From contig JAFQYM010000015.1 in NCBI GenBank assembly GCA_017406465.1, positions 64,622 through 128,621 of the forward strand: a stretch of DNA of 64,000 nucleotides, read 5' to 3'. The notes beneath the pieces are model-generated. The model was not told the DNA's origin. It did no database searches and saw only the letters and a program-made list of their open reading frames with translations. Source of the DNA: Kiritimatiellia bacterium (lineage in GTDB: Bacteria; Verrucomicrobiota; Kiritimatiellia; RFP12; UBA1067). Positions 63,633-64,000 of this stretch are shown here, piece after piece; the first letter of the stretch is position 1; every line of letters begins with the position of its first letter. The position numbers and the translations under genes were made by a program.

Positions 63633-64000
63633 GACGCTTCACGGCGATAGCAAAGACGACGGCTCTCGAAATTCTCGCAGAGCCGTTGTCGCTTCTCGTG
63701 CTTTCCGCGTCGCTTGCGCTTGCCGTATTCGCGCCCGCATTCCACTACCACCAGTTCGGCGAACCGTCGCGCATGGCGCGTGATGCAGGACTTTCCACGC
63801 TCTTCGTCGGCGGCATGCTGTTCGCAATCGTCGGCGCGGTGCGGTCGGTGCGTCGTGAATTCGAGAGCGGGACGGCCGCGGTCGCGCTTTCGCATCCCGT
63901 CACGCGCGTACAGTTCCTTGTCGCGAAGGCATGCGGCGCATACGCCGCGTTCTTGTTTTTTGCGTTCGTCATAGGCGCGGCCACGGCGGTAATGGTGAAT
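63629..64000 (+). CDS. ABC-2 type transporter permease, N-terminal fragment (runs off window)
   Basis: Open frame from GTG 63629 (GTGA overlap with the upstream stop): VRRFTAIAKTTALEILAEPLSLLVL ... VRREFESGTAAVALSHPVTR. RE.ESGT...L..P..R is typical of ABC-2 permeases. Not in the supplied ORF track because it has no stop in the window. Confidence 0.6.
   Translation, partial: MRRFTAIAKTTALEILAEPLSLLVLSASLALAVFAPAFHYHQFGEPSRMARDAGLSTLFVGGMLFAIVGAVRSVRREFESGTAAVALSHPVTRVQFLVAKACGAYAAFLFFAFVIGAATAVMVN

Overview
GC-rich (about 60% by eye, not computed) Gram-negative chromosome segment; lpxA and lptF/G are present. It is rich in secreted glycoside hydrolases, which suggests a polysaccharide-degrading PVC-type bacterium (Lentisphaerota/Kiritimatiellota/Verrucomicrobiota); that placement is a low-confidence guess. 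Nearly everything is on the + strand. Housekeeping content: glycyl-radical enzyme tail plus activase, dCMP deaminase, tpiA, a complete trp operon (trpE, trpG-D fusion, trpC, trpB, trpA, trpF), pheA, asd, tRNA-Arg(UCU), tyrS, lptF/G, lpxA, rlmN, dnaB, clpC, argB, argD, lysS, pyrH and frr. CAZyme content: about 8 secreted GH genes (GH2-, GH29- and GH36-like, plus several clan GH-A-like of unclear family), a NarL-type two-component system and a GntR/LacI hybrid regulator. Findings seen directly in the sequence: (1) a Trp-rich leader peptide (WWW) plus intrinsic terminator upstream of trpE, apparently on a leaderless transcript. (2) At least 19 starts lie 6-10 nt after a TAnAAT -10 box, so expression looks pervasively leaderless. 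(3) An ~8.6 kb accessory block (32.05-40.67 kb) lies between two CAZyme genes. It carries two overlapping DUF3990-like (PARP/ART-like HGS...GxGFY motif) / DUF3791-like gene pairs, two AAA ATPase-PD-(D/E)xK genes, secreted proteins, a ~265-nt strongly structured RNA or MITE-like element, and repeated hairpins. This block is my best candidate for an undescribed toxin-antitoxin or defence-type system. (4) There are several families of short intergenic repeats: a CCCC-TAATTTGAY-GGGG hairpin at fixed spacing from -10 boxes, GTGTAGAAC composite hairpins inside the trp operon, C-depleted GTTGAAAG arrays at operon-internal junctions, and phased TGTAGA repeats upstream of dnaB. No rRNA, CRISPR array, transposase or integrase was seen. 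All family assignments come from motif recognition by eye, not from searches.
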